From assembly GCA_041650995.1 (NCBI GenBank), contig JBAZJZ010000002.1, forward strand, positions 77,344 to 141,343: a DNA stretch of 64,000 nucleotides. The letters are read 5' to 3'. Shown in pieces: positions 1 to 8,634 of the stretch. Source of the DNA: Patescibacteria group bacterium. Its GTDB lineage: Bacteria > Patescibacteriota > Patescibacteriia > XYB2-FULL-38-15. How positions within the stretch are numbered: position 1 is the first letter of the stretch; each line of letters opens with the position of its first letter. The notes beneath the pieces are model-generated. The model did not search any database. It was not told where the DNA came from and saw only the letters and a list, made by a program, of their open reading frames with translations. A program made the position numbers and the translations under genes.

Positions 1-1369
1 CAAGAACGCGTTCGTTTCGTTTTACGCGGTCGGCGATTCGTTCCATTAAATCATCAACCTGAGATTTTTCACTAGAATTTTTTGGCGTAATGGGTTTAAC
101 AATAATTTCAGGGTCAATAAGACCGGTTGGTCTGATAATTTGTTCAACGATTTGTCCGCTCCGAGTTAATTCGTAATCAGCCGGCGTGGCCGAAGTATAG
201 ATTGTCTGTGGCATCCGCGCTTCAAATTCAGAAAATTTCAGCGGCCGATTATCGGCGGCAGAAGGTAGGCGAAAACCAAAATCAATTAACGCTCTTTTTC
301 GCGAAGCATCGCCTTCATACATTCCGGAAATTTGCGGCACGGTGACATGCGATTCATCAATTACCATTAGCCAATCTTTATTTTTTCCAAAATAATCAAG
401 CAGAGTTTCCGGCGGTTCACCCGCGGCGCGGCCAGATAAATGTCTTGAATAATTTTCAATGCCATGGCAGTAGCCTACTTCTTTTATCATCTCCAAATCG
501 TAATTTGTCCGGCGCTCCAGGCGTTCGGCTTCAAGCAGTTTTCCATTTTTATTGAAATAATCCAAGCGGCCTTTTAATTCTTCTTTTATAGTTTTAAACG
601 CCCGTTTTCGTTCTGGGCCAAGAGTGACAAAATGTTTTGCCGGAAAAATCCAAACGTCGGATGGCTCATCTTTTATTTTTCTTGTCACCGGGTCAATCGC
701 AAAAATTTTCACGATTTTTTGCGCGTTTGATTCCATACGATAAATAATTTCTTGGTTCACGGGCATCACTTCCAGAGTCTCGCCGCGCAAACGAAATTCT
801 CCGCGTTTTAAATCGGAGTTAGTCCGGGTAAATTGCATGGTGATTAACTGGTTCAATAAATCAGCGCGAGTGATAGTTTGATCTTTAGCCAAATGCAAAA
901 CAATTTTTTCATAGGTTTCAGGGGCGCCCAAACCATAAATACAAGAAACCGAAGCGACGATGATTACGTCGCGGCGGGTTAAAAGCGCCTGGGTCGCGGC
1001 GTGGCGGAGGCGATCAATTTCATCATTAATCATTGCCTCTTTTTCAATGTAAGTATCAGTGCGCGGAAGATACGCTTCTGGCTGATAGTAATCGTAATAA
1101 GAAACAAAATATTCCACGGCATTGTCCGGAAAAAATTCGCGAAACTCATTACAGAGTTGGGCGGCCAGAGTTTTATTGTGGGCGATAACGAGAGTGGGTT
1201 TATTAATTTTTGCGATTACATTAGCTACGGTAAAAGTTTTGCCTGACCCGGTGACGCCGAGGAGTGTTTGATGTTTATAAGTTTTTTTCAAACCAGAAAC
1301 CAGCTCGTCGATTGCTTTTGGCTGATCGCCAGTCGGTTTGAATTTAGATTTTAATTTAAATTTGTCCAT
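1..1369 (-). CDS. uvrB: Excinuclease ABC subunit B (5' part; runs off window)
   Basis: Manual translation from ATG at 1369: MDKFKLKSKFKPTGDQPKAI..LLGVTGSGKTF (Walker A), then AHNKTLAAQL, DESH, GFRLPSA motifs. Confidence 0.97.
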   Translation of the reverse strand, partial: MDKFKLKSKFKPTGDQPKAIDELVSGLKKTYKHQTLLGVTGSGKTFTVANVIAKINKPTLVIAHNKTLAAQLCNEFREFFPDNAVEYFVSYYDYYQPEAYLPRTDTYIEKEAMINDEIDRLRHAATQALLTRRDVIIVASVSCIYGLGAPETYEKIVLHLAKDQTITRADLLNQLITMQFTRTNSDLKRGEFRLRGETLEVMPVNQEIIYRMESNAQKIVKIFAIDPVTRKIKDEPSDVWIFPAKHFVTLGPERKRAFKTIKEELKGRLDYFNKNGKLLEAERLERRTNYDLEMIKEVGYCHGIENYSRHLSGRAAGEPPETLLDYFGKNKDWLMVIDESHVTVPQISGMYEGDASRKRALIDFGFRLPSAADNRPLKFSEFEARMPQTIYTSATPADYELTRSGQIVEQIIRPTGLIDPEIIVKPITPKNSSEKSQVDDLMERIADRVKRNERVL

Positions 1370-1579
1370 ATACGCAAAAAAATTCCCCGAAAGTCCTCCT
1401 CACTAGGGGAGGAGCGGGGGGTATTTCTGTAAAGAAGCGAAAGCTTTTTCGTTCTTATTGTAAAGGTATAATAGCACAGGCTAGACTTGCTGTCAACGGT
1501 CACTTGACAAGTTGATATTTTTAAACTAAAATAGACAATCACGAATAAGATAAGAAAGGGAGGGAAAGGAGGAGTTGTC

Positions 1580-2359
1580 GTGAGCGAAGAAAGCGTGGGC
1601 AACACGGCAGAGGGTTGTTCGGACAATCAGCCGATGGGTGAAGACACCCTGACCGGGGCCACCGGCCGATTCGAGTTCCCAGGGAATTATGACGAATTTC
1701 TTGACAAGTTGCTGCACATGGCGGAGGAGCGCGGCTGGGCCAAGACTTTTCTTGCCGGCGAGTGGGTTTTTCACGCCGGAGAGGTGCCGGAAGAGTGTTG
1801 GCTCATCGGTGTAGGGAGGGTTAGCCAATATCGGGGAGATGCTCGCATCAACGAATTGGGTAAGCGGCGATTCCTTGGTATGAGGGCTTTCCATCTCCAG
1901 GTTCCACACACCACTTCGGCGCAGGCTCTTGAGCCCAGCGTCCTGATCAAAATTGGCGGCGAGTTCTACCAGAAGCTTCTTTCTCATCCCGAGTTCGTAG
2001 ATGTGGCCATCAAGCAGTACGAGCAGGAGGTTCAGCGAGTCGGTGATGAGGTAATGAGGTACCGCGCTCAACTTGAGGCGGCGCGCCGCGATAACGCGAT
2101 TCTTCAGCGGGCGGTGGGGGAATACGAAAAGGAAGCCGATGATGCGCCCCGAGATAAAAAGGCGAGCGTAACAGAGCGTCTTTTGAGGCTTCTTCGCCCG
2201 GATCTGGAAGAAGCCGATCGGCGCGTCGGCGCGATGCTGGCGGGGTTGCCGGAGGAAACGCAGAGGACGCTGCGGAACAACGGAGATTTCGGCCAACTCA
2301 ACGCCATCATCACCCGATGTTGGAATCGGGTTCGTCCTCTCACGTTTCTACGCAAGTAG
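1580..2359 (+). CDS. Putative cyclic-nucleotide-binding domain protein with coiled-coil C-terminus (GC-rich islet)
   Basis: F.AGE..FH.GE....WLI..GRV..LG...FLG...SAQALEP resembles the cNMP-binding fold; SD AAGGAGG; promoter 1504-1532; terminator 2366-2397. Confidence 0.6.
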   Translation: MSEESVGNTAEGCSDNQPMGEDTLTGATGRFEFPGNYDEFLDKLLHMAEERGWAKTFLAGEWVFHAGEVPEECWLIGVGRVSQYRGDARINELGKRRFLGMRAFHLQVPHTTSAQALEPSVLIKIGGEFYQKLLSHPEFVDVAIKQYEQEVQRVGDEVMRYRAQLEAARRDNAILQRAVGEYEKEADDAPRDKKASVTERLLRLLRPDLEEADRRVGAMLAGLPEETQRTLRNNGDFGQLNAIITRCWNRVRPLTFLRK

Positions 2360-2491
2360 GGGGTTAGCCGGTTGTGCGTCAGCGCAGCCGGCTTTTTATT
2401 TTATAAATAAAAATTTTTATAAAAAAATCTGCCGCGGCTTGGAAGCTTTGGCAGAATGTTGAAGATGACAGAGGAAGCTGCTCGTGCCTGG

Positions 2492-3244
2492 TTAATCGCA
2501 GCCGGTCGGCGGGCACTTCACTGCGGTCCAGGTTCCGAGGTTGTCACCGCTCGGGGAGACAATCGCTTCGCCCGTGACATGCGTCTCATCTTCGAAGTGG
2601 CCGACGTAGCTTGTGTTGCCCGACGAGAAATTGATTTGCCGACCATTGATTTCCGGCTCGTAGAAGGCAGCTTCAAGCTTTCGCCCGGTTTGTCTCACCC
2701 GAATTGGCACCGGGAAAGGAAAAGTTGCCCCGCTCAATCTCCAGTCGCCTTCGGCGTTTATGATGGCCCGGACTGTGTGCGGTGCAGAACAAACCTCGGG
2801 AACGCATGGAGCGCATCCATCGCCGCCGAGATAGTCCGCACAATCATTCGTGGCGCAGACAACGACTGTCGCTTCCGGCTCGTGCTCACCGTCGCGATCA
2901 AGAATGTCTGCCAGGGTTTCGATGAGCGCTGAAGTTTCTCGGTGGAAGTCTGGATCTGCTTCGACAACAGAGAGATTCACGAGCGTCGGATCGGAAACGC
3001 GCCATTCCACGTTTCGGAGCAAGTTCATGCCGCGCTCATTCACGACGTGGACGCGGAGTTTGTAGGCGTCCAGATTCGTATCGTCGCCGACCGGCACCAG
3101 CGACGCGCCGTCGTCATCGAAACAACTGCTTTCAATCACGACCGCCGAAACGAGATTGTACTCACCGGCGCATAGTTCGATGAAATTTTCCCGGCAGCCG
3201 AAGAGAACCGTGGAAAGAACCGCGAGCATCATCTTCGTCTTCAT
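2492..3244 (-). CDS. Hypothetical Cys-rich lipoprotein (GC-rich islet)
   Basis: Start MKTKMMLAVLSTVLFGC with a lipobox-like LFGC; SD AAGGAGGG upstream of ATG 3244. Confidence 0.6.
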   Translation of the reverse strand: MKTKMMLAVLSTVLFGCRENFIELCAGEYNLVSAVVIESSCFDDDGASLVPVGDDTNLDAYKLRVHVVNERGMNLLRNVEWRVSDPTLVNLSVVEADPDFHRETSALIETLADILDRDGEHEPEATVVVCATNDCADYLGGDGCAPCVPEVCSAPHTVRAIINAEGDWRLSGATFPFPVPIRVRQTGRKLEAAFYEPEINGRQINFSSGNTSYVGHFEDETHVTGEAIVSPSGDNLGTWTAVKCPPTGCD

Positions 3245-3369
3245 TTGTACCCTCCTTGTTGATTTTATCTTAACAGAATAAAAATAAATTTCAAACATAT
3301 TAAAAGTGGTTTTATAAAAATAAAAAAGAGGGGCCCCTGTTAGAAGCCCCTCAGAATTGTACAGGCTAT

Positions 3370-3632
3370 TTATCCGCGCCGCCTGCGAGGCGCTGAATCA
3401 TCCTTGAGCTGGAACGCCCGACTCTGCCAGACGTACATCCGCCACCTCGCTTTCTTTTGGCTGGAGAGGTGGAGTTGCCAGTTTAGCCTTTCAATTGGAT
3501 CGACAACTCCGATCACACCGTTTTGCGGGCATTCGATCAAAAATCGCAAACGAATCCCGCCCCTGGGTAGACGAATTTATGTTTGGCGCGCCAGTCTACC
3601 TTTGGCGCTTTGTATATTCATTTCCGTGCCAC
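3370..3632 (-). pseudogene. Probable decayed GC-rich islet gene
   Basis: Promoter (TTGACA-17-TATTCT), SD AAGGAGG and a downstream hairpin are present, but every frame from the SD is interrupted by stops. Confidence 0.35.
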
Positions 3633-3789
3633 CACCTCCTTCCATGAAGAAAAACAATTTATTTGCTTTGCTTCACGGAAAGAAGTATTTTTATAAGAAC
3701 CTCCGAGAATATCACTCCTTTATTTTTTTGTCAATGGTTTCAAAACAAAAAAGGCTGTTAGGCCTCTTTTTAAATATCTCAAAATTTAT

Positions 3790-3906
3790 TTAACGGCAGC
3801 AAGAACAGCCCTTTAGTCTTTTTGTGTGTTTGCGCAATTGTTTGCCCTTTTTGGTATTTTTGAGAGCGTGTTTAGTTCTGGCTTTCGCCGCGCTATTTTG
3901 TCCCAT
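3790..3906 (-). CDS. Small, very basic 38-aa protein (below the ORF-track cutoff)
   Basis: MGQNSAAKARTKHALKNTKKGKQLRKHTKRLKGCSCCR; AT-rich start context like core genes; hairpin downstream near 3750-3770. Confidence 0.55.
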   Translation of the reverse strand: MGQNSAAKARTKHALKNTKKGKQLRKHTKRLKGCSCCR

Positions 3907-4032
3907 ATGATTTTTCTAATTAATTATATAGATGACTTTACTTTAATATAATTATTCAAAGTAGTCAAACTCCTTGATTTTTAATGATAAATTTTGTATA
4001 ATTAAATACACATTAATTAATAAATTTAAACT

Positions 4033-4803
4033 ATGGACAATGTTTTAATTACGATCGGTATAATCGTGGCAGCGATTATATTAGCTTCAATCAGGCAGGT
4101 GAACCAATACCAGCGAGGCGTAAAATTTACGATGGGCAGATACACCGGAATTATGGCGCCGGGTTGGCGTTTGGTAGTTCCTGTTTTTCAGACTGCCAGA
4201 AAAGTTGATATGAGAATTAAGGCGGTCGATGTTCCGGACCAGGAGGCGATTACTAAAGATAACATTTCCGTGCGCGTCAACGCCGTGATTTATTACAAAG
4301 TCCGCGACGCGAATCAAGTGATTATTGAAGTGGAAGATTTTGGTTATGCCACTTCGCAACTTGCCCAGACGACGATGAGAAATGTTGTTGGCGAAGTAAA
4401 TCTTGATGAATTGCTTTCAGGTCGTGAAGCCATTGCGGAAAAAATCAGAGAAATTGTTGACAAGGCAACTGATGCCTGGGGAATTGAGGTTCATTCAGTG
4501 GAATTAAAAGATGTGACTTTGCCGGAAGAAATGAAACGGGTGATTGGCAAACAGGCCGAAGCGGAAAGAGAAAAAAGATCAGTAATTATTAAAGCCGAAG
4601 GTGAAGTGATTGCCGCGGAAAATTTAGCCAAGGCGGCGAATACTTTGGCTTCCTCCGACGGTGCGTTACATCTTCGCACTTTGAGCACGATTAATGACGT
4701 GAGCTCTGATCAATCAAATACAATTGTTTTTGCCATTCCGCTCGAAATTTTGCGGGCGTTTGAAAGAATAGGGAAAAAGGATAAAGAAAAAGAGCAGGCG
4801 TAA
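4033..4803 (+). CDS. SPFH/band-7 (slipin/stomatin) family protein
   Basis: N-terminal TM; QEAITKDN, LAQTTMRNVVG, QAEAEREKR motifs. Confidence 0.93.
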   Translation: MDNVLITIGIIVAAIILASIRQVNQYQRGVKFTMGRYTGIMAPGWRLVVPVFQTARKVDMRIKAVDVPDQEAITKDNISVRVNAVIYYKVRDANQVIIEVEDFGYATSQLAQTTMRNVVGEVNLDELLSGREAIAEKIREIVDKATDAWGIEVHSVELKDVTLPEEMKRVIGKQAEAEREKRSVIIKAEGEVIAAENLAKAANTLASSDGALHLRTLSTINDVSSDQSNTIVFAIPLEILRAFERIGKKDKEKEQA

Positions 4804-4901
4804 ATTTTTTGGAGATAAAAAAGGACAGTCCTTCTTGGTAAGGGCTGTCCTTTTAATTTAGTATAAATTCTTGACAAAAATAATTTAATATGTTAAGACT
4901 A

Positions 4902-5062
4902 AAGCGGTGGAGCGATTGTGTCCTTGGCTTAATACGTAAGACCAGGGCGGTTGCGGACCTAAGCCGGCGAGCGGCTAAATCCACGAGGGAAGGACGGCGG
5001 TTCCGTGAGCCTTCCACGACGGGGTGTGCAGTTCTAGACAACCTGCCCCCCGTCACTTTTTT
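4902..5062 (+). ncRNA. Unassigned structured ncRNA candidate
   Basis: TTGACA at 4871; GC-rich three-way junction plus two hairpins, ending in a T-run; no credible ORF. Confidence 0.55.
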
Positions 5063-5111
5063 ATCAAAAAAACGTCCTGGAAAATTCGGGGCGTTTTTGT
5101 TTTTGGGAAAA

Positions 5112-5528
5112 TTATTTTATTCCCCGGGCGTTGAAGAAATCAGTGTAGTGTTTATCCATGGAAATAACGTGCCGCAAGAGCCAATCTACGGCAAAGTCAG
5201 CAAGTTCATGGGCGATTTTTTTCACATCCGCGTTCGGACTTTGCGCTCTGGCTAAAAATTCTTTTATCTTTTCGCGGTAGCGGTTGTGTTCGGCGACGTG
5301 AAGTTCGCTTCCTGGAAATTTGTATTCTTCAAAATAAGTTTCTTCGGAAGAAAAGTGAAGAGCGGCGTAGTTGCTAAACTCAATTAGGCTCATTAATATT
5401 TTTTCTTGGTTGACCCCGTCTTGCATGGATAGAGCGTCAATCTGGTTTGCGATATCTATGTAGCGCCGATGTTGGTCGTCAAAAATTTTTACGCCAACGC
5501 TGTAATTTTCGTTCCAGGTAAATGGCAT
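5112..5528 (-). CDS. Bacteriohemerythrin
   Basis: W....SVG...D.QH, HF..EE, H..EH, WL..HV..MD di-iron motifs. Confidence 0.93.
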   Translation of the reverse strand: MPFTWNENYSVGVKIFDDQHRRYIDIANQIDALSMQDGVNQEKILMSLIEFSNYAALHFSSEETYFEEYKFPGSELHVAEHNRYREKIKEFLARAQSPNADVKKIAHELADFAVDWLLRHVISMDKHYTDFFNARGIK

Positions 5529-5643
5529 ATTTGAAAAATAATTTTAAGTATATTTATATTATAATAAAAAATATTTTCGGTCAAGATAAAAAAACTCCCG
5601 CGCGAACCGAAGTCCGGGGGAGTGGTGTGGGTGGATCGGTACA

Positions 5644-5862
5644 TCAGGTGCAGCCGTGCGGAGTGTGGCCGGGGTGGCCGATGGGGTGGGCTTCGACTTC
5701 CGCACTGAAGGCATCGTAGTATGTGTCTTCCGCTTCTTCGGCGAGACGTCGCTCTTCAGCTTGCTGCGCCAGGAGATCCTTTAGGGTTTCGGGGTGTAAG
5801 AGGTCGCCGGCCAGAGGTGTTCGCGCAGTGCGCTTCTTGGGCTTCTTGCGATGCGTGCTCAT
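5644..5862 (-). CDS. Hypothetical 72-aa protein (GC-rich islet)
   Basis: SD AAGGAG; ATGA overlap with the upstream small ORF; terminator-like hairpin near 5590-5623. Confidence 0.55.
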   Translation of the reverse strand: MSTHRKKPKKRTARTPLAGDLLHPETLKDLLAQQAEERRLAEEAEDTYYDAFSAEVEAHPIGHPGHTPHGCT

Positions 5863-6026
5863 GGCGACGTTTTCTCCTTCTTTCCGAGATTTTTGAGGTG
5901 CTCGCGGAAGCGCCGGCCATCTTCCCGGTCTCGCCGTCTGATCGGACGTCGGTCGGCTTCAGTGAAGTGGTCGCGCAACGGTCGGAGCAGTTGTTCTTTT
6001 GTCACTTTGTATTTCTTGGCGGCCAT
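5859..6026 (-). CDS. Hypothetical 55-aa basic protein (GC-rich islet; not in ORF track)
   Basis: MAAKKYKVTKEQLLRPLRDHFTEADRRPIRRRDREDGRRFREHLKNLGKKEKTSP; SD AAGGAGG; stop overlaps the next ATG. Confidence 0.6.
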   Translation of the reverse strand: MAAKKYKVTKEQLLRPLRDHFTEADRRPIRRRDREDGRRFREHLKNLGKKEKTSP

Positions 6027-6116
6027 GGCAAGTCCTCCTTCTTGTCCGCCCTTGGCGGGTTTTCTTGCTGATTAAAGTTTATCATTTTAAAAATTTTTGG
6101 CAATATTTCAAAAAAT

Positions 6117-6188
6117 AAAAACACCCCGTCATTTTGACGAGATGTTTTTGGGATACCGCGTAGCGGAGGCGGTTGAAACTATTATTGG
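6117..6188. repeat. Copy 1 of a ~70-bp dispersed repeat (hairpin plus conserved tail)
   Basis: AAAAACACC.CGTCA...TGACGAGATGTTTTT..CGTAG.GGAGGC.GTTG.AA shared with 8534-8605. Confidence 0.7.
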
Positions 6189-6242
6189 AAATTTTGAGGA
6201 AAGTATTTTTATTCCAAGTTTATCTCGCGGTAGCCAGTGGTT

Positions 6243-7409
6243 TTAGATTTGCTCAGATTTTATATTCTCCATGCCCGTCCCGTTAAGATTTTTATTTTTA
6301 TAAAAATAAGCGGCTAAAAAAGTAGTGATGGGCACAGCCAAGGCCAGACCGATGCTCCCGACCAATGTTCTTACAATTTCCGTGGCGATAATTTCGTGGT
6401 TGATTATTTGGCTAAAAGTTAAAAATGGCGGCTGTTTGAATGAGAAAAGTAAAAGGAGAGGGAGGGCGGCACCCGCGTAGGCCAAAAATAAAGTATTAAC
6501 CATGGAAGCAATGTGATCAACTCCAACCCGCATTGCTTTTTTGTAAATTGCCAACCTTGTTAAACTTGGATCAGTACCATGGATTTCCTGAACCGTGGAA
6601 ACTTGGCTTACGGTTATGTCATCCAGAACGCCCAATGCGCCGACGATAAAACCGGCGAGCAGCAATCCTTGCAGGTTTATATTTCCGCCCGTCAGACCAA
6701 CTAAATAAATCGTCTCTTCCTCGGCAAAACCAGCAAGTTTAGTCAGATTAGTAAAAAGTATTGAAAAAAATCCGACAATGGCGATGCCCGCAAAGGTGCC
6801 TAAAATAGCTATGGTTGATTTTTTATTTAATCCGTAAACCAAATAAGTGGAAACAAAAATTATTAATAGCGCAGAGGTCAGGCTGATGAATAAAGCGTTA
6901 TGCCCATTTAAAATTTGGGGAATAATAATTTTTAAAATAATAAAAAAACTGAAAATAAGTCCAAGGAGAGCCCTGAAGCCGCGCCACTTTCCAGTGATTA
7001 AAATAATTAAAACAAAAATTACAGCGAGAAAATAAAGATTTTCTCTTCGGACAAAGTCGGTAACATAATAATAATCATTGCCGTCGCCATCTTGGCTATG
7101 AGAAACCAAAACTTTATTTCCCTTCTTATATAAATTTTTGGCAATGACATCTACCTCGGTACCGTCAAAAATAATTTCTTGATCTTTCCATTTTCCTTCC
7201 AGGCCTTTGAGCTTTAGTTTTTGTAAAATGGATTTTGATCCGTCTTCCCTTATGGTTTCTTTTTGTTCTAAAATTTCTAAAACTTTGGCTTCAAATATTT
7301 CTTCCTGGTAATTATTTTGCTCAGAATCTTCTTGGGCAAAAACAAAATTGGGGGTCGCGATAAAAGTAGCCACCATTATCAAAATAATAATTTTTGTTAT
7401 TTTGGCCAT
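6243..7409 (-). CDS. YibE/F family membrane protein
   Basis: GALGVLDDIT.SQ, DHIASMVNTLFLAYAG, EIVRTLVGSIG motifs. Confidence 0.92.
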   Translation of the reverse strand: MAKITKIIILIMVATFIATPNFVFAQEDSEQNNYQEEIFEAKVLEILEQKETIREDGSKSILQKLKLKGLEGKWKDQEIIFDGTEVDVIAKNLYKKGNKVLVSHSQDGDGNDYYYVTDFVRRENLYFLAVIFVLIILITGKWRGFRALLGLIFSFFIILKIIIPQILNGHNALFISLTSALLIIFVSTYLVYGLNKKSTIAILGTFAGIAIVGFFSILFTNLTKLAGFAEEETIYLVGLTGGNINLQGLLLAGFIVGALGVLDDITVSQVSTVQEIHGTDPSLTRLAIYKKAMRVGVDHIASMVNTLFLAYAGAALPLLLLFSFKQPPFLTFSQIINHEIIATEIVRTLVGSIGLALAVPITTFLAAYFYKNKNLNGTGMENIKSEQI

Positions 7410-7567
7410 CTTAAAATTAAAATTTTCATAGTTAATATCAGTAATAATTATAACACGCGATGGGGTTTTTACAAGACTTGACAAGTTATAGTTTTGGGTG
7501 TATATTCATAATAGGCGATATAAAAAAGGTCGAATCGCCACTAATAAAATTTTTAATAAAAACATAT

Positions 7568-7807
7568 ATGCCAAAAATGAACGGAACTGGTCCTACGGGC
7601 CAAGGAGCTGGCACTGGCAGGGGAATGGGCCCTTGCGGAGCCGGTACAAGAATGGGTTGGGGTTGTCGTGGCGGATATGGTATGGGTCGCAGGAGATTTA
7701 TTTCTCCTAAAAATGAATTGGCCGCCCTAGAAGAGGAAGAAAAGATGCTCCTGGAGGAATTAGAAATTATTAAGTCTGAAAAGGAAGCCATAAAATCCCA
7801 AAAATAA
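7568..7807 (+). CDS. DUF5320-like Gly/Arg-rich small protein
   Basis: MP..NGTGP.GQG..TGRGMGPC N-terminus with a C-terminal coiled coil. Confidence 0.8.
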   Translation: MPKMNGTGPTGQGAGTGRGMGPCGAGTRMGWGCRGGYGMGRRRFISPKNELAALEEEEKMLLEELEIIKSEKEAIKSQK

Positions 7808-7927
7808 AAGAAGGCTGGGAGCCGAGCTCTTCTTCGACGGAAGGGCTCGGGTAGCCTTCTTCAAATAAAAAATTATCATAAAAGATAGAAATAATCAATA
7901 TTAATTTAAAAAATTAAAATTTAAAAT

Positions 7928-8227
7928 ATGATGGTTAAATCGTTAACACAAGGGGGATCGTTGATAAAACCTCCAAGATCAGAAAAAATAAAATCAGGAT
8001 TAGTTATCTTAAAGAAAGGTGAAGAGGTCGGTGAACACATAACAGATAATCGCGAAGAGGTAATTATTATTCTTCAGGGCGAAGCATTAGTAATTTTAGA
8101 AAATCAAAAACGGATGGTTAAAGAAAATAATCTTATTTTTATTCCTAAAGATAAGAAACACAATCTAAAAAATAAATCTAATAAAATCTTAAAATATATT
8201 TACGTTGTTTCTTTGCTAAATAAATAA
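7928..8227 (+). CDS. Cupin domain protein
   Basis: GEH....REE..IILQG and IFIP..KKH cupin motifs. Confidence 0.85.
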   Translation: MMVKSLTQGGSLIKPPRSEKIKSGLVILKKGEEVGEHITDNREEVIIILQGEALVILENQKRMVKENNLIFIPKDKKHNLKNKSNKILKYIYVVSLLNK

Positions 8228-8232
8228 AAAAT

Positions 8233-8511
8233 ATGTCCAGACCAAGGCTTTGCCGAAAAATTTCATTCAACCCACGGGTTGACTACTTCAAACCTCGAGG
8301 CGTGCCGATGAAGGAACTTGAAATTGTGGAATTGACTGCCGAAGAGATGGAGGCTTATCGGCTGAGACACATTAACGATATGGATCAACTGGAAGCCGCG
8401 AAAAAAATGCGCACTTCTCAGAGCACATATCAGCGGATATTATATTCGGCTTATAAAAAAATCGCCGATGCTTTAATAAATGGCAAGGCGATAAAAATTA
8501 TAAAAAGTTGA
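8233..8511 (+). CDS. DUF134 (UPF0251) HTH protein
   Basis: MSRPR..R, FKPRGVP, E.EA.RL, Q..AA.KM..S..T. Confidence 0.9.
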   Translation: MSRPRLCRKISFNPRVDYFKPRGVPMKELEIVELTAEEMEAYRLRHINDMDQLEAAKKMRTSQSTYQRILYSAYKKIADALINGKAIKIIKS

Positions 8512-8533
8512 TATTTTTTATAAATATTTATAA

Positions 8534-8605
8534 AAAAACACCTCGTCAAGATGACGAGATGTTTTTATGGGGTCACGTAGTGGAGGCTGTTGGAATTTTT
8601 TTGGG
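8534..8605. repeat. Copy 2 of the ~70-bp dispersed repeat
   Basis: Aligns by eye with 6117-6188. Confidence 0.7.
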
Positions 8606-8634
8606 ATTGGGCGAGAATGTCTATATCCCAGAAA

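Noticed and set aside
1001-1246. 81-aa plus-strand ORF
   Set aside because: Antisense to uvrB
1526-2932. Long opposite-strand ORFs (1526-2296, 2456-2932)
   Set aside because: Shadow ORFs of GC-rich genes; no SD or recognisable motif
3370-3632. TGA recoding (genetic code 25) to rescue this ORF
   Set aside because: TGA terminates normal genes here (tsaD, DUF134), and the relevant frames also contain TAA stops
4877-4900. dif-like site (ATAA..TATGTTAA)
   Set aside because: Arm spacing does not fit the 11-6-11 dif layout; it overlaps a promoter
4890-5255. 121-aa ORF over the GC-rich block
   Set aside because: Crosses terminator T-runs and overlaps the hemerythrin gene; the block is better explained as structured RNA
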